64,000 bases of DNA from the human T2T-CHM13v2.0 reference genome, Homo sapiens. The DNA is taken from NCBI RefSeq assembly GCF_009914755.1, contig NC_060931.1; one strand, given 5' to 3'. Shown here one piece after another: positions 15,101-27,633 of this stretch; the first letter of the stretch is position 1, and each line of letters opens with the position of its first letter. The position numbers and the translations under genes were made by a program. The notes under the pieces are model-generated. The model searched no databases. It was not told where the DNA came from and was given only the letters and a program-made list of their open reading frames with translations.

Positions 15101-17634
15101 CCCACAATAGGCCTTTAAAACCCACTTTAAAAATAAAAAAGTGTTTTAGTATTGATTCTCGCCTAGACACGGAAGATGTCTGTAGGAAACTGACACGGTT
15201 TAGAACTACAACTACATTACTACAAGCAAGGGTTAAAGTATTCAGAATTTAAGAAAAAGTTAGAAGGCCGGAGAGAGGGGGCTGTTTAAAGAGCTCTGGC
15301 GGGAAGTCAAGGAATCCTGGGACTGCTGCCTTCGGAGCCCTGAGGCTAGGGCCAAAGCTGAATCTCTCTGAGCCTTACCTGTCACATGAAAATCACACCT
15401 ACTTCATTAACCAGAGGAGCCTCAAAAGCAGAAACATTACCTGTGCAGGCCTGGCTTGAGAAAGCAACCCAAACTGAGAAAGCAACCCAAACCCACCCTT
15501 TCTCCACCTCATCCCCAGCCACACCTGGTGGCCAGGGAGATGGAAACTAGAACACCTGTATTCCATCTCTCTCCCTTTCCCAGACACCAAAGTGGTCTGT
15601 GGGGTGAGGGCCATGTGTTAGCTCCCTCCTCTGTGAAATGCTGCTAATTTTAGAAGGGCAGAAAAGAGAAAGGTAGAGAAGTGGCATGAATCACCACCAT
15701 GGCTAGGCCTCTTGTCTCCACCCATGCTCTGAGGCTGGAAAGATGAGATTCTCTGGGGCTATAGAAAGGGTGGGCCAGCTGGGAACTATTACCCATCCTG
15801 CCCCTTCTGCACACCAAGGCTGCTCCCTGCCCTTCCTGAAGCACCATTCTGACTGTTACCAACCAACCACCTTGTATTCTTCTCACTATATATTCCTGCC
15901 AGAATTGCTGCCTACACATGGGCCTCCAGCGTCCCTAAGAGTGCTCATACCCTGTGACAAGAAAACCATTTGTTCTTACTGAAATAAAACATGTGGGGAT
16001 TGTCATTTGCAGTTCCTCTCCCCTTTTGTGTAATTCACAAGTCTCTGATGTAGGATTAGGCTTCAAATGCATTTGGTCAAGTACATACATTTTAGTACTC
16101 AGCTTAAACAATGTCATGCTTAAAAGCACCTCAGCAATGCCTCTGTTTGTCTCTAGGTCTTTGTCACCCTCCAGGCCTATGATTATAACATGGCTTTTTG
16201 TTTCTTTTTTGAGAATGTGAACCAGAGCCCCACCCCAGCCCTCCAAAATGCAAGACACTAAAAAGTGACCTCAAGGTCTTACCTGCTCATCTAAAATCAA
16301 TATTATTTGACCAATGAGTATTATGTCACATATCGTGTAAGCATATAGCTTCCAATAGCCATGTCTATTTTCAAATAAGGAGATACCTACCGAACCTTCA
16401 GAAATGCCAGCTGGTAGTTTCTGTATAGAACAACAAACTTTCTCACAATAGTGTTTTCGGATTGTCTTTGAAAAAGGTAAGCTTTCTCTAAACTGGCCCA
16501 ATAAAATCAAAAGAGTGTTGGCTTCAATTATATAAGGCTGCAAAATGAGATAGCCATGTTGTCTAAAATACTTCTTGAACACTTTGGAATTCAGAACACT
16601 TTTTCTTATAATAGACTTCTCTTTGTGCTTTAAGGAATAGGATAATGGTGTGTTTGAAAGGAAATATAGACCATAAAAAAGTCCATTAGCCAATCAATAA
16701 TTGTCACAATCCTCAATTAAAGCAAAATTATCTTTCCTTGTCCTATAAGTGGCTGGAATAAACAAAGAAATTTTTCTTCTTGACCATTTTAGGTAAAATT
16801 GAACGAACATAAGTCTCAAATTCATGTCCTGGTCTCTTCCTAAGGCAGGTTTCAGATCATCCATAAGGCTAACTTTGATGACAACTCTCTGTCATCTCTG
16901 AAGAAGGAAAGATCAGCAGGCTGGGGGGTCTAGAGAGGGACACTGCAGTGTGGGCTCTGGACAGTGACCAGGAACCCATCATTGGCCACAACTTCAGGCT
17001 CTGGAGCTGCTGTTCACAGGCATCTTCAACTCCCACCTAGACTGCCCTGCAAAGTCTCTTTGTCTCACATTTGTGCTGACTTCCCATTGGCTCCTTCTCA
17101 TTCCCCACTGTCACGGCTGGCCCTCAGCACCCTATGCCAGCAAGGCTAGTTGATTAAAAAACTATATACATATATTCACACACTGAGCTGGGAGCATTTC
17201 CTTCCCATGTAGCAAAGCCCCTCTGATTTAAGACTGGTCAAATTAATAGGAAACAGCAAAGGAGGTTAAAGAGGGAAATTATTGAGGACAATGACTGCAG
17301 ACATGCAGTCTACAGTGCAGAGTCTGCCTTTTCCTGAGGATTCAGAGCTGTGCCCACAAATCAGATGGGCGGAACAATCCCCCATCCCACCCCCCATGTT
17401 TGGGGTCATTAGAATTAGAGGTAGCTTCAGGGGATTCCCTTTCCTCTAGCATGGGTCAGCCAGGAGGCAAGAAGGAGGCTAGGAGGCTGGGGACCCTCAT
17501 CAGTCCCACTAAGCCTCCAGAAGGTATCTTTTCCATCTGCCCCTACTTGCTCCCCCAGTGGGTCCCGCGTGCCTAGCCCCCACACCCCCGCCTTGCGGGA
17601 GTTATTTTAAGGACACTAAATGTGCTCCAGGAAG

Positions 17635-17673
17635 CTTTCCCCTCTCTCCCTCTCTCTCCCTCTCCCCCTCCCT

Positions 17674-17721
<48 letters not shown>

Positions 17722-17728
17722 TCCTCTC

Positions 17729-17771
<43 letters not shown>

Positions 17772-17800
17772 TCCTCTCCTACTCTCTCCCTCTCTCTCCT
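17635..17800 (+). repeat. (CT)n homopyrimidine tract with a 50-bp internal duplication
   Basis: Only four purines (17714, 17731, 17764, 17781) in 166 nt. Confidence 0.95.
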
Positions 17801-18186
17801 GGGAGCTAACCCAAGCCTGTGCACCGGAGGGCAGCTGACAGCTGAGCGTGGCGGGGGCGGGGTTGGGGGTGGGGAGGTGGCGGCTGTTCCAAGCGCAGGA
17901 TTCTGGAGTCCACCGGAGCTTGGGCAGGTAGCAAGCAGAGCTAGCTGCACGTTGCCCCGGCCGGCGTTTTCAAACAACTTGAATTACAGGCTACATCTTG
18001 AATATGAATTAGCCTTCCGCACTGGTGTGAATTCGCTTTGAAACTCAACTTGTCAAGTATGGTTTTAATTAAACATCTTCCGGCCTCGAAAGATTACATG
18101 TTTTGTAAAATATATTCTAGCATGAAATTTACTTCCACGATCTGAAATTAGTTTTTTGGTAAATGTTTTCATAAAAAAGAAATACG

Positions 18187-18188
<2 letters not shown>

Positions 18189-18222
<34 letters not shown>
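18189..18222 (+). repeat. (GT)17 microsatellite
   Basis: Direct read. Confidence 0.95.
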
Positions 18223-18223
<1 letters not shown>

Positions 18224-21200
18224 AGAGAGAGAGAAGAGAAGGGGGGTATGAAGTAGTTTATATTCACTGCCTTCCTTTAAAACGTCCTACCAGCTGGACT
18301 TGGAGCCTGACAGGTCCCGGGTCCCAGGTCCCAGGCAGCCCCGGCCGGGGCAGGGCCAAGACCTCGTGCCCAGGACAAGTAAGTAACTCAAACCCGCCCC
18401 GGCAAGCGTGGCCCAAGCTGCTTTTGCAGTTGGGGACAATTGAGCGGACACACAAGTTAATCCCGCACTGATTTGTTTCGGATCCATCTGCAGGACGCCT
18501 GATGCCTCCCCCTTGGCTGCTGCAGCGGACACCTGCCTCCCTCCCCATCCCAGACTGCTCTGCTTGTCCCATGAAAGCAGAGAAAAGAAACCATAGGGTG
18601 CGGAACGGACCTCAGTAGTATTCAAGACAACACTTCACCGTGAAATGTAAAGTTCTCCTTTAAGAATTCCTGCCTAATATTGAGAACAACAGCCATGTCA
18701 ATTGATAGCCGTTCTAACAGACAGTCCGAACTGCTCCAAACCACTCTAAAAGCTTGCCTTGATGGAGAAGGGGCCTCTGGGGCCTCTCTATCACCTGCCT
18801 GGGGGCCTCTATTTCCCAAGTAGCCCTCAAAGAAAAAAGACCCTATGCTCCCGCGTAGGGGTAGGAAAAGTGCCTGCTATGATGGGTCTTTCTATTCAAT
18901 ACAGAATTAAGAGTTGGGTCCCTGTGGAATTCTCTTCCTAACTACTCTCTGAGGAACCAGCCAATTCTGACGGGATTTGCTGGATTCGAGCAAAACTTGG
19001 CGCACATGGGGTGGGGTGTGATGGGGAGCAGGAGGGAGGGGGGCGCATCTCCTTTCTTCCAGATAATTGGGACCCAGCAAAGAAGGAGGGGTGGAGCGGT
19101 AGGGAGAGTTATTTGCGGTCATCAACTGAAATAGGCAAAACCAATAACGCACCTCGCTTTTCGCCCTGTTTACTCCATCCCCATTCAGTGATTGGCAAAG
19201 CAGGCCCTGAAGGCAAAGGCAATAATTGCTCCGCGCTCTCCTTACTAGGGAAATGTGTAGGCATTTGAAGTGTACTAAAAATAAACGAAGGAGCGAGAAA
19301 ATGAAAAGGGGACAGAGTGACAATTTGCGGCAATTAAAGCGTCTGCGCGCTGTTGCCGGAGGAACAGGGACCCACAGCGGTTTTTGTTTTCCCAGGCTTG
19401 ATGATGTGACTAACTCGTTAGAGAATTTGCGTCCTAGGTTGTGTGTGTGTGTGTACTTGCGTGTGTGTGTGTACACGCGCGTGAGCATTCAGCAACCCAG
19501 GAGCCCACAGCAATGGCCGGATCCGTGGGGGAGGAGAGAGCCTAGAACCCTAAAAACTCCTTTGGCCTCCAGAAAGACCCCGGTGCAGCTCTCTACCCTA
19601 ACCCCTAAGCCCCTCTCAAGTGAGAGCCTCTCAGTTAGTACTCAGTTGCCACGTCTCGCAGGAACTTTGGAGCAAGTTTTCAGCTCCCAGGTGTCCAACC
19701 TTTAAAAGGAAAAGCATAATAATACTAACCTTTCTTTCACGACCACGCGAAACGCAAAGGATGTGGAGTGGGGAGGGGAGGAAAAAAAAAGGGGCGGCCA
19801 GCCAAATCAAAGCTTGGGAGACATTTTGACAGTGCGCTTGAAATAATGCTCTTAATTTTTGGAAGGTTTTCAAGAAGGGGGTGGGGGGCACGTGGGAGAA
19901 CCACAACTTTCTCCTGTCTGTCACTCAAGCGGCCAGAGAGGGCTCCAACCTCCAGCTCCCGCGGCAACACACAGTGGGAAATTGCTTCAAGATACAGTGG
20001 GGCTCTATTCTTTCTCTACCCCTGCCCCGCCTTTCCCGAGCAGTGAACTTCACAGAGAGGGTGGTAAGGGAGGGTTATCCTGGGTGTCAAAAATCTGTGC
20101 ATAGCCTGAGATCAGAAGAGTTAACCCCAGGCCCTAGACCCAGCCCAGCGGCCAAACTGGCACCCCGTGCTGATCAGCCCCCGCATCCCCATATCTGCAT
20201 CCCCATATCTACCTCCCCAGTCGGGGGTGGTGAGGTTTGGGGGAGGGGGGCGACACTACCATATGCATCCACCACCTAAGTCCAGCCCAGGCTGGCTTCA
20301 ATGAAAGCTGGCAAATCCGGCGAATCTCGCAGAAATTTTCTTCGAACTTAATTCAATTTTAAAGTGGATTTTTACTATTAAAAACGCTGCCGAGCAACAC
20401 ATTGAATTAATCTGACTGTACGGTTTTAATTACAGTGAGGGTTTCTCTACAAATCTGTACAAGACAGTGGCTGGTTCTTGGAGGATCTCTGCCTCCTGAA
20501 TTCCATTATCGGGCCCCTGGTTCCCTGCAGACGGCAGCTCGTGGGAGCCAGCTGCGGTGCGAGCGTTCAGTCGCCCTCTGCTTCTGCCGGGCCTCCTGGC
20601 TCCTGTCCCTCCTCCCTTCCTTCATCCCAGCCCCATGGAGAGCCCAGGATTCCTGCCTGTCATTTGAGACTGCTGAACTGATATCCTGAAACGCTACCCT
20701 TGCTTTTTAAACTCTTGGGCCCCAGACTTTTGAGCCCCCTGAGCATCGTTCTTAAAGTGGCTCGTTTTGTCTGGGAGGGTGACCTCTTGTGTAGTGTTTT
20801 TTGAAGGGTTCTCCTGCTTCGACTTAGCAGCTGTTAGAGTGGGCAGCGTGATGCCCAGTCTGTCTGAGGGGAAAGCAGGTTAGGAAATGGGGAGGAGAAA
20901 GGGGTAGAAGACTAGTGAAGAGCTTGGTTTGGGGGAGTCTAGGCCCCCCACCTCCAGCCCTACCCCCACCCCCATCTCCACCTCCTGGCCCTAGAGGAAA
21001 TATACATGGCGTAGATCTGCAGGTAACAGGGCTGCTTTTATCAGCTCTCATTTTGTTCATTTGTTGTGCAATTAGCATTGTAGGGCAATGGTACCTAGCA
21101 AACAGGACCAGGTAGAAAACTTAAACACAAAAGGAAGCCGACTCATACTCAAACTCTTTTGTCCACTCTCTTATATTCTTTTTCTAACTCTCTTTCTATG

Positions 21201-21483
21201 TCCCCTGCTTTTGTCCCATTCTCTCCTTCCCTCCTCACAAAGTATGTGCGAGTAAAGACAGTGAATCCAAATATGAACCAGCAAAATGGACGCAACCTCT
21301 CAATGTGTATTTAAAGAATTGGAGGCTTTGAGCTCTGTCGGGGAAGGGCCCCACTCAGCAGAGTGCAAGGGATGAGGAGCATTTTGGCTCTCTGCACAAA
21401 ATTTGTAAAACCTGCCAGGAAAAAAAAAAAACAGTAATTATTCCATTCCCAGGGTAGTGGGAAGGGGGCTCTCTTTCTCCTAG

Positions 21484-21535
21484 ATGCGTGTGTGTGTGTG
21501 CGCGCGCGCGCGCGCGCGCGCACGCACGCACGCGC
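21484..21535 (+). repeat. (TG)n(CG)10(CACG)n alternating purine-pyrimidine tract
   Basis: Direct read. Confidence 0.95.
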
Positions 21536-23399
21536 TTTAAAGGAGTCTCTTTTCTGAACAAGAAAAAAGAGAGAAAGAAAGAGAGAGAGAATGAATGGGC
21601 ACAGTTGGGAGAATGGAATGTGAAAAAACAAAAACAACCTTAGCTTCTAAGGGCATTCAAATTTGTTGCCCTCTAAAAAAGTTTTACTAAAAAGCTAATA
21701 AATTACATTTCCATTTATTGGGATATTCCCAAATAAAGGAGATAAGGAGTATTTATGAACAGGTATGAGTATAAAAGTCACCAGTTCATATATATCACAA
21801 GAGTAGACAGATACAGAACAAACTCACCCTCTCTCTTTCTCATGAAAAACGGTTTTCATTTATTTTTCTGTTATAACAAGAGGACCAACATGATAGCAAG
21901 GGGATGTTTTCATCCCAGGTTTTCCTGAAGAGTTGTCCCAAGCAGGGCTGTCCTTTAATGTTAGGCATTTTCTGTGACCTTGCTATTGTTACTGCTGATG
22001 AAGCGATGAAGGAATTAAACAGAAGATGCTTGGAGGCATTTAGGAAGACAGCTATATTAACTCCTTATTATGCCTAAAAATAGTCTACTGTTTCCTGTTG
22101 ATACTTGTTCCCTACCACTATAAGGCTGTATTTATCCTCCAATGGTCAGGGGTCCCTGCTTTCCAAAGACTGGCTTGCTTAAAGCTGACTTCTAACACCC
22201 CCTCCCTTCTCCCTTTGCTCTGATATATTTCCCATCAGGGCAAATATGGAGAGCTCAACCTTAGCATAGCCTACAGATTGAAAAGACAGACATCAGCATT
22301 TAACTTGTTTTATTCTAAGTGTTTAAACATTGTTGAGTCCTTTTTTTCCTGGGCTTAGAGAAAGAGGAGTGTTTTTGTATTAGGAGTGGGGTCCTATGCT
22401 TGTTAAAAGAGAAAAAAGAGAGAGGATTTGAGGGGAGAGGGCAGACAAGCAGACCGACCTCTGTATACAATCCTAAAATTAGGGAAGGTAGAAACATGCG
22501 CTGCTTTTCCCCTAAATCAATTCTGGGCACAGCACATCAGCTCCCTCTATTAAGAAAGCCTTGGGTGCTCACACACTTGGGAATGGAGTCATGGAGAAGG
22601 CAAATGATGTTTAGTTTGAGAAGCTGGTTAGCTTTGTTTTCATAATTCCACTGGACTCCAAGTTTGAAAATGCCTGGAGCAGGAGCCTGTAGGTTGGGAC
22701 ATGCATAGTTAACATTCTCCAAATTGGACAGTCTTGAAAAACTCTGTGAAGCCCCCTGTGGGAGCCAGTGTCATGTCAGAGTTTTCTAACTGGCTATTCT
22801 TGGGACCTATGACTAGAGAGATGAGGAAAATGTTATCCCCAAACTTAAGTGAGACTCTTTCTAAACATGGGGTAAACTGAGGCCACTTTTTAACTGGATT
22901 TGGGGGCATCTAAGAGAGAAGGGTGTTAATATGGACAATACAGCTTATCACCACAGACAAGAACACCAATGTTTCCTTGTGTAGACTGATACTTTTGCAA
23001 CTCCTGAAGATGCCATCACTGGCAAGAGGCAGCTCCCATGTGCCCCAGAGCTTTCACTGTTGTCTGTGTGTTGGGGGAGGGGAGAAAGTCGTGCGGGTTA
23101 CCAGGATATCAGGCACCCTTTCCTTACATACATACACAAACAGAGTTTTACAGTATATTGAATGAGGAAAAGACTAGCAAGTTTTTTTTTTCTTCACCAA
23201 TGTCTCCCGTTGAGAAGGGGCTATGTAAGTCAATACTGAGTAATTTCTTTGAATTCAAAGGCTATTTATCCAGGTCTAATTTCTTTAGAATTAAAGTGAT
23301 AACTGAGCTCAACTTAGCAACCAAACCCATCCAGGTCCTGCCTGGTTTGAATGTACTTCTACAGCCCGTGAGGCTGCAAAACCACTTCGGGCACCCCAA

Positions 23400-25930
23400 A
23401 GCATTTCCAGGCCTACATGCGTGAGCAAACACCGGTCCAGACCAGGAACAGCAGGAGATTCTTTGACCCAAGAGCCCATTCCTCCAACAGTGGCCTCCGG
23501 CAGACCCGGGAGGTCTTGTGTTGGCAATACACAAGCATTTCTCTCTAAATAACATTGACACTCGCAATACAAATTCCAACATCTCAACACCTTAAAAAGC
23601 AAAAAGCAGCTTAGGCCTCAAATCCTGCCTAGTGAATATGACCCTCACTTACTACAAGCCCTAAAAGAGCCTTAGGGCTCCTACTCCAGATTGCAGGGTT
23701 TACTTTTATTTTGAATGATAAAGACTTCGAGGGCCTTGCCCGCCCTCCTCCTCCCACCCGCAAGGGTTGGCCCGCGTTCCCCTGCGGGCGAGACAAAGAA
23801 GCAGGAGCCAGGACCCGGCTGGCGCCTAACCCGGCGCCGGGGCCTTGAGCCCCTGAGGTGTGCGCCTTCCTGCAAGGCCCCAAAGAACCCGAGTTTTTGC
23901 CCCTTGCTGAAGGGTTGGAAGTGCGGGCTGGACTAGTGCAAACAAGAGTGACTCCAACCGCCTTACTTCAGCTCATTACCGTCACCCATGAAAACGGAAT
24001 GAAGGACTGGGAAGCCAATCTGCCGCGTTCAATTGGAGAGAAATGACTGTCGGAAGAGGCCCTGCGGTAAATAGCCTCTGAGCCGCGAACTCTATGCGCC
24101 GTGGCCGGTGGCAGAGGCCACACCTGGCAGCCACTCGTGGCGCGCCACCTTGGCATGTTGTGTGCGGGTCACACTATCTCCAGTTTTCCATTCTCGATAC
24201 TGGCAGGAAAGTCTGATAGTCAGGCCTGAAGTTTAGATTCCATCCCGCAAGCGCAGAGATATCACACCAAGTGGGACCTCTCGCTCGTTCCACTTCCCAG
24301 CCCCTGACTGTCTCTGAGCTCAGACTGGGTCGCCCAGCAGGTTTCAGCAGGACCTTTACCATGCACCACAACTACCACCTCAGTGCAGCTGCTTCACTGG
24401 AACAGAGTGCAAGGATTTTAGCCACTAACTATTAGGGGAAGGTTGAGAGCCCTGAAGCTACAACCCGGACAATCCCAGCCTTCCCGGCTTCCTCAGCAAT
24501 CAAACAAATGAGAAAAAAAAATCCCCTTGCAAGTAGAGGCAGCTGCACTCTGGATACAGTGCTCAATTGCAGGGACCTTCCGAGGCCCTGCCACGACATA
24601 CTCTAATTGGGGTGCAGCCAGAGTTGCAGGAAGCTGGCGAGGAAAGCGGTGCACCTGTGAGCATAAAGCGAAAAACATAGACAAGCACAGGGTGAGGGTG
24701 TAGGGGGTGAAACGCCTTCACGGTGTTAACAACAAGCTGCAGGGTATAAAGCAATAAAACTGCCACGTCTACCTGCTGGTATTGAGGACATTACAAACAG
24801 TCTCGGCGCGCAGCCCGCGTGTACCGAGAGCGCACTAGGGTTGGGAGTGGGAAGGTGGGGTGGGAAATCTTCTCTTTTCCTGACATTCCCTTCTGTCCCC
24901 CACCCCCCACATCTCCCCCTTACTTAGCCCACCTTTCTTTTTCCATGAAGCTTTTCTGTTGTTGTTTTAATTCATTGCCGATTTGTAAACGTGTAGATCG
25001 TGTTACTGGTTCGCGTGTTAAAGTGCACCTCTTGTTAAAAGGTGGGGAACAGGGCACGCCACTTAAAAATGAATTCAGAGTTACTGAACCGGCTCCCCAG
25101 ACTCAAGAACTTAAGCGCAACGGGCTGGGAAAAGGAGGGGGAGAGGAGCGCAAACGCCGCTGACCTGGGAACTCGGAGGAAACTCGCGGGCAGCGAGCTT
25201 CAGGTCTTCTGATACATTGAAGGAAAGAAAGAAAGACAGAAAAAGAAAAAAACAAACTGTCCTGGAGATAGCTAGACATCCAGGGCTGGGAGCTGGGAAA
25301 ATCAATTGGCATAAGCCGCTGCCGGCGGGCTTCCCGCAACGTAAAAAATAAAGTCCAAGCTGCTCCATCTGCAGCCACCCTTTTCTGGAGTTAAAGGGGC
25401 AAGCGGCACCTTTTCTCTATTTCTCAGTTTCCTTCGGTCCTGTAACTTATGGAGTCCAGAAGAAGTAGGATATACAGAAGTCCTCAGTAGTTTTCCCAAA
25501 GGGAGACACTGTCTCCTTCCCGCAACCTCCAGACACTGCAGTACAGGGTTGTTAGATATTAGATAGTACGTTTCTCCGTGTGGGCAAAGGCTCGCGGCTT
25601 AGGTCTCTAAGCAGATCGAAAGTCGGGGTCCAGACCGAGAGGATCTTCAGGTCTCGTCCACCCAATCTCAAGCCTCTGGAAGGGCGGGCTGCCGGCGACC
25701 TCCTCCAGTCCCGGGACCCGGAACCCGGGACCCTGGACGCCGGTGCGGGCGGGCCTGCCCTCCTCTGTGCCTGGCCCCCAGTCTGGCCCTCCTACCTGTT
25801 GACCAGGCCTGAACCACGCACCGGGGCTCCGCTGTCTCTGCTTGGCTGCCTTAACCTGCGTGGGTCTGGAGACCGGAGGGAGAAAGGCTAGATCCGCAGC
25901 CTTGGGCTGCTCCGAACTTAATGTCTTTCC
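23400..25930. other. CpG-rich region upstream of DLX6
   Basis: Several CpG-dense patches (23730-24170, 24800-24830, 25580-25910). Confidence 0.6.
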
Positions 25931-26039
25931 CCAGTCCATCTTTGAAAGAGAAGTGGTTCTACCACCTGGATGTGCGGATATAAATCCCCTTGCAAATAAT
26001 AAATGGATTAATAATAACAAGGTATGAAGTTCTTTTTAT

Positions 26040-26540
26040 AGAAAAAAAGGAGAGAATTGAAACTAAATGCGGCAGTTAGACAACCATTTTGATAAGAGGA
26101 TAATTGAGGCGACACTGGTGTATAATTAGAGGATAATTTATGCTATATCCACTTTTATTCCACCTCCCAAAATAAACCCAGTCCATAATCATTACAGGCA
26201 AATTGTTCTGAATTTTATAGCAGCAATTTGAACAAAGTACTGCAGTTAATCATGGGAGATTTTTGTGTATTCCTGATTAGAACTCTAATTGCCTCCTTCC
26301 AGAAAGTAAAAATAACTGTAAAACGACTCTATTTTTATCATTAACAATGTTGACAATAAAATAAAATCAATTGGAATTGTAATCGAGAGACAAATTTAGG
26401 ACGAAGGCACTTTTACTTGGGTAGTTTATATTGTAATCAAGATTTGCCAAACCACTAACCGCATGTATCATTTGCATATATTTGAAAGCATTACAGTAGC
26501 TTCTGTTTTCAATAGGAAAAAATGCATTACTGTCAGTCCT
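26040..26540. promoter_or_regulatory. AT-rich homeodomain-site element about 1.3 kb upstream of DLX6 (probably the known conserved upstream enhancer)
   Basis: AT-rich block between CpG islands with TAATT at 26101, 26123 and 26134, further TAAT/ATTA, and an octamer ATTTGCAT near 26470. Identity with the described conserved element is recalled, not verified. Confidence 0.6.
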
Positions 26541-27149
26541 CCAACGATTCGTTTTCAGAACACGCTGCTGCGTTCTGAAAAGAAAAAAAAGACGCCCCCC
26601 CCCCCCCACAACCTTTTGTACAATATATAAGAAATACGGCCTGAAACGGCAGGGACCGAGCCAGAACAGGGTCTGATTTTTCTTTTTCTTTACCACCCCC
26701 CAGTGGGGTGGAGCCCAGGTGTGAGGGTTCGTCTTCCTTCTGTGGTTTCAATAAAATACGTCTAGAAAAATCCACGGTGACAAGGAGCTCCCACAAGAGT
26801 GTAGTAGGACCAGAGTGGCAGGGACGTCAAGAAAGGGGGGCCTGGATTTAATGCGGGGGTGGGGTCACTGCTTCTAAGCACAGGCAACCTACAAGGGTGC
26901 AAAGGGATTGAAAGAGAGCAGCCCCCAGTTGGCTGTTTCAAGGCTGAGATATTGGCAACTGGGGCTCCGGGATTTGGGGCACGAGCTGCGGCGGGAAGCA
27001 TCGGCGGCCGGCCGGGCAGAGGCGCCTCCCTCCCCAACGGCCCCGGGCGCCACACAGCGCGGCCCCCGGCTGCAGCTCCGGCTGGGATTGGAACTGCGGA
27101 AGGTAGGCGAAGAACTCTGCAAGTCGCGCACACGCCAGTAGAAGCCGTG

Positions 27150-27450
27150 CGCCTGTGACGTCAGGGGGCGACTGACCAATGGGGAGGCACTGCCCTTTGG
27201 AGACAAACCATTCGACTCGTGGCGTCTGCATCAAGTCTGAAAGCAGACGCGCAACTTTCGCAGAATCCACCTTAAAATCTCTGCCTTAAACTGCACCAGC
27301 CCCCAAAAAATCCAAGGGGGGAAAGCAGGCGGGGGGAGAGCAGATTCCCCCCTCCCCCTCTCCTCTCCCATCCCTCCTCCTTCCTCCTCCCTTTGAGTTA
27401 ACAAGGCCCCGCTCACTATATCTCTTTATATTAAATATATATATATATTA
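27150..27450 (+). promoter_or_regulatory. DLX6: DLX6 proximal promoter
   Basis: Palindromic CRE TGACGTCA 27156-27163, CCAAT 27176-27180, TA-rich tract 27417-27450, all inside the CpG island upstream of the ATG. Confidence 0.6.
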
Positions 27451-27633
27451 GAGAAGAGCGAGGGAGAGGGAGAACCACCTCCACCCCCCTCTTTAAATTC
27501 TTTTTTTTTTTTTTTTTTTTTTTGCAAGGATCCAAAGAGCTAAGGTGGCTGCAGAGGGGAGAGCGGCGCGAGCCAAGTGGGGGAGGGTGGAGGAAACCCG
27601 GGAGAAGGCTTTCTCCAGCCCCCAAAGTTTTTG

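Noticed and set aside
15372-16283. Minus-strand CAG|GTAAG donors at about 15378 and 16282 as extra DLX6-AS1 exons
   Set aside because: I could not pair them with convincing acceptors; such donors are common by chance.
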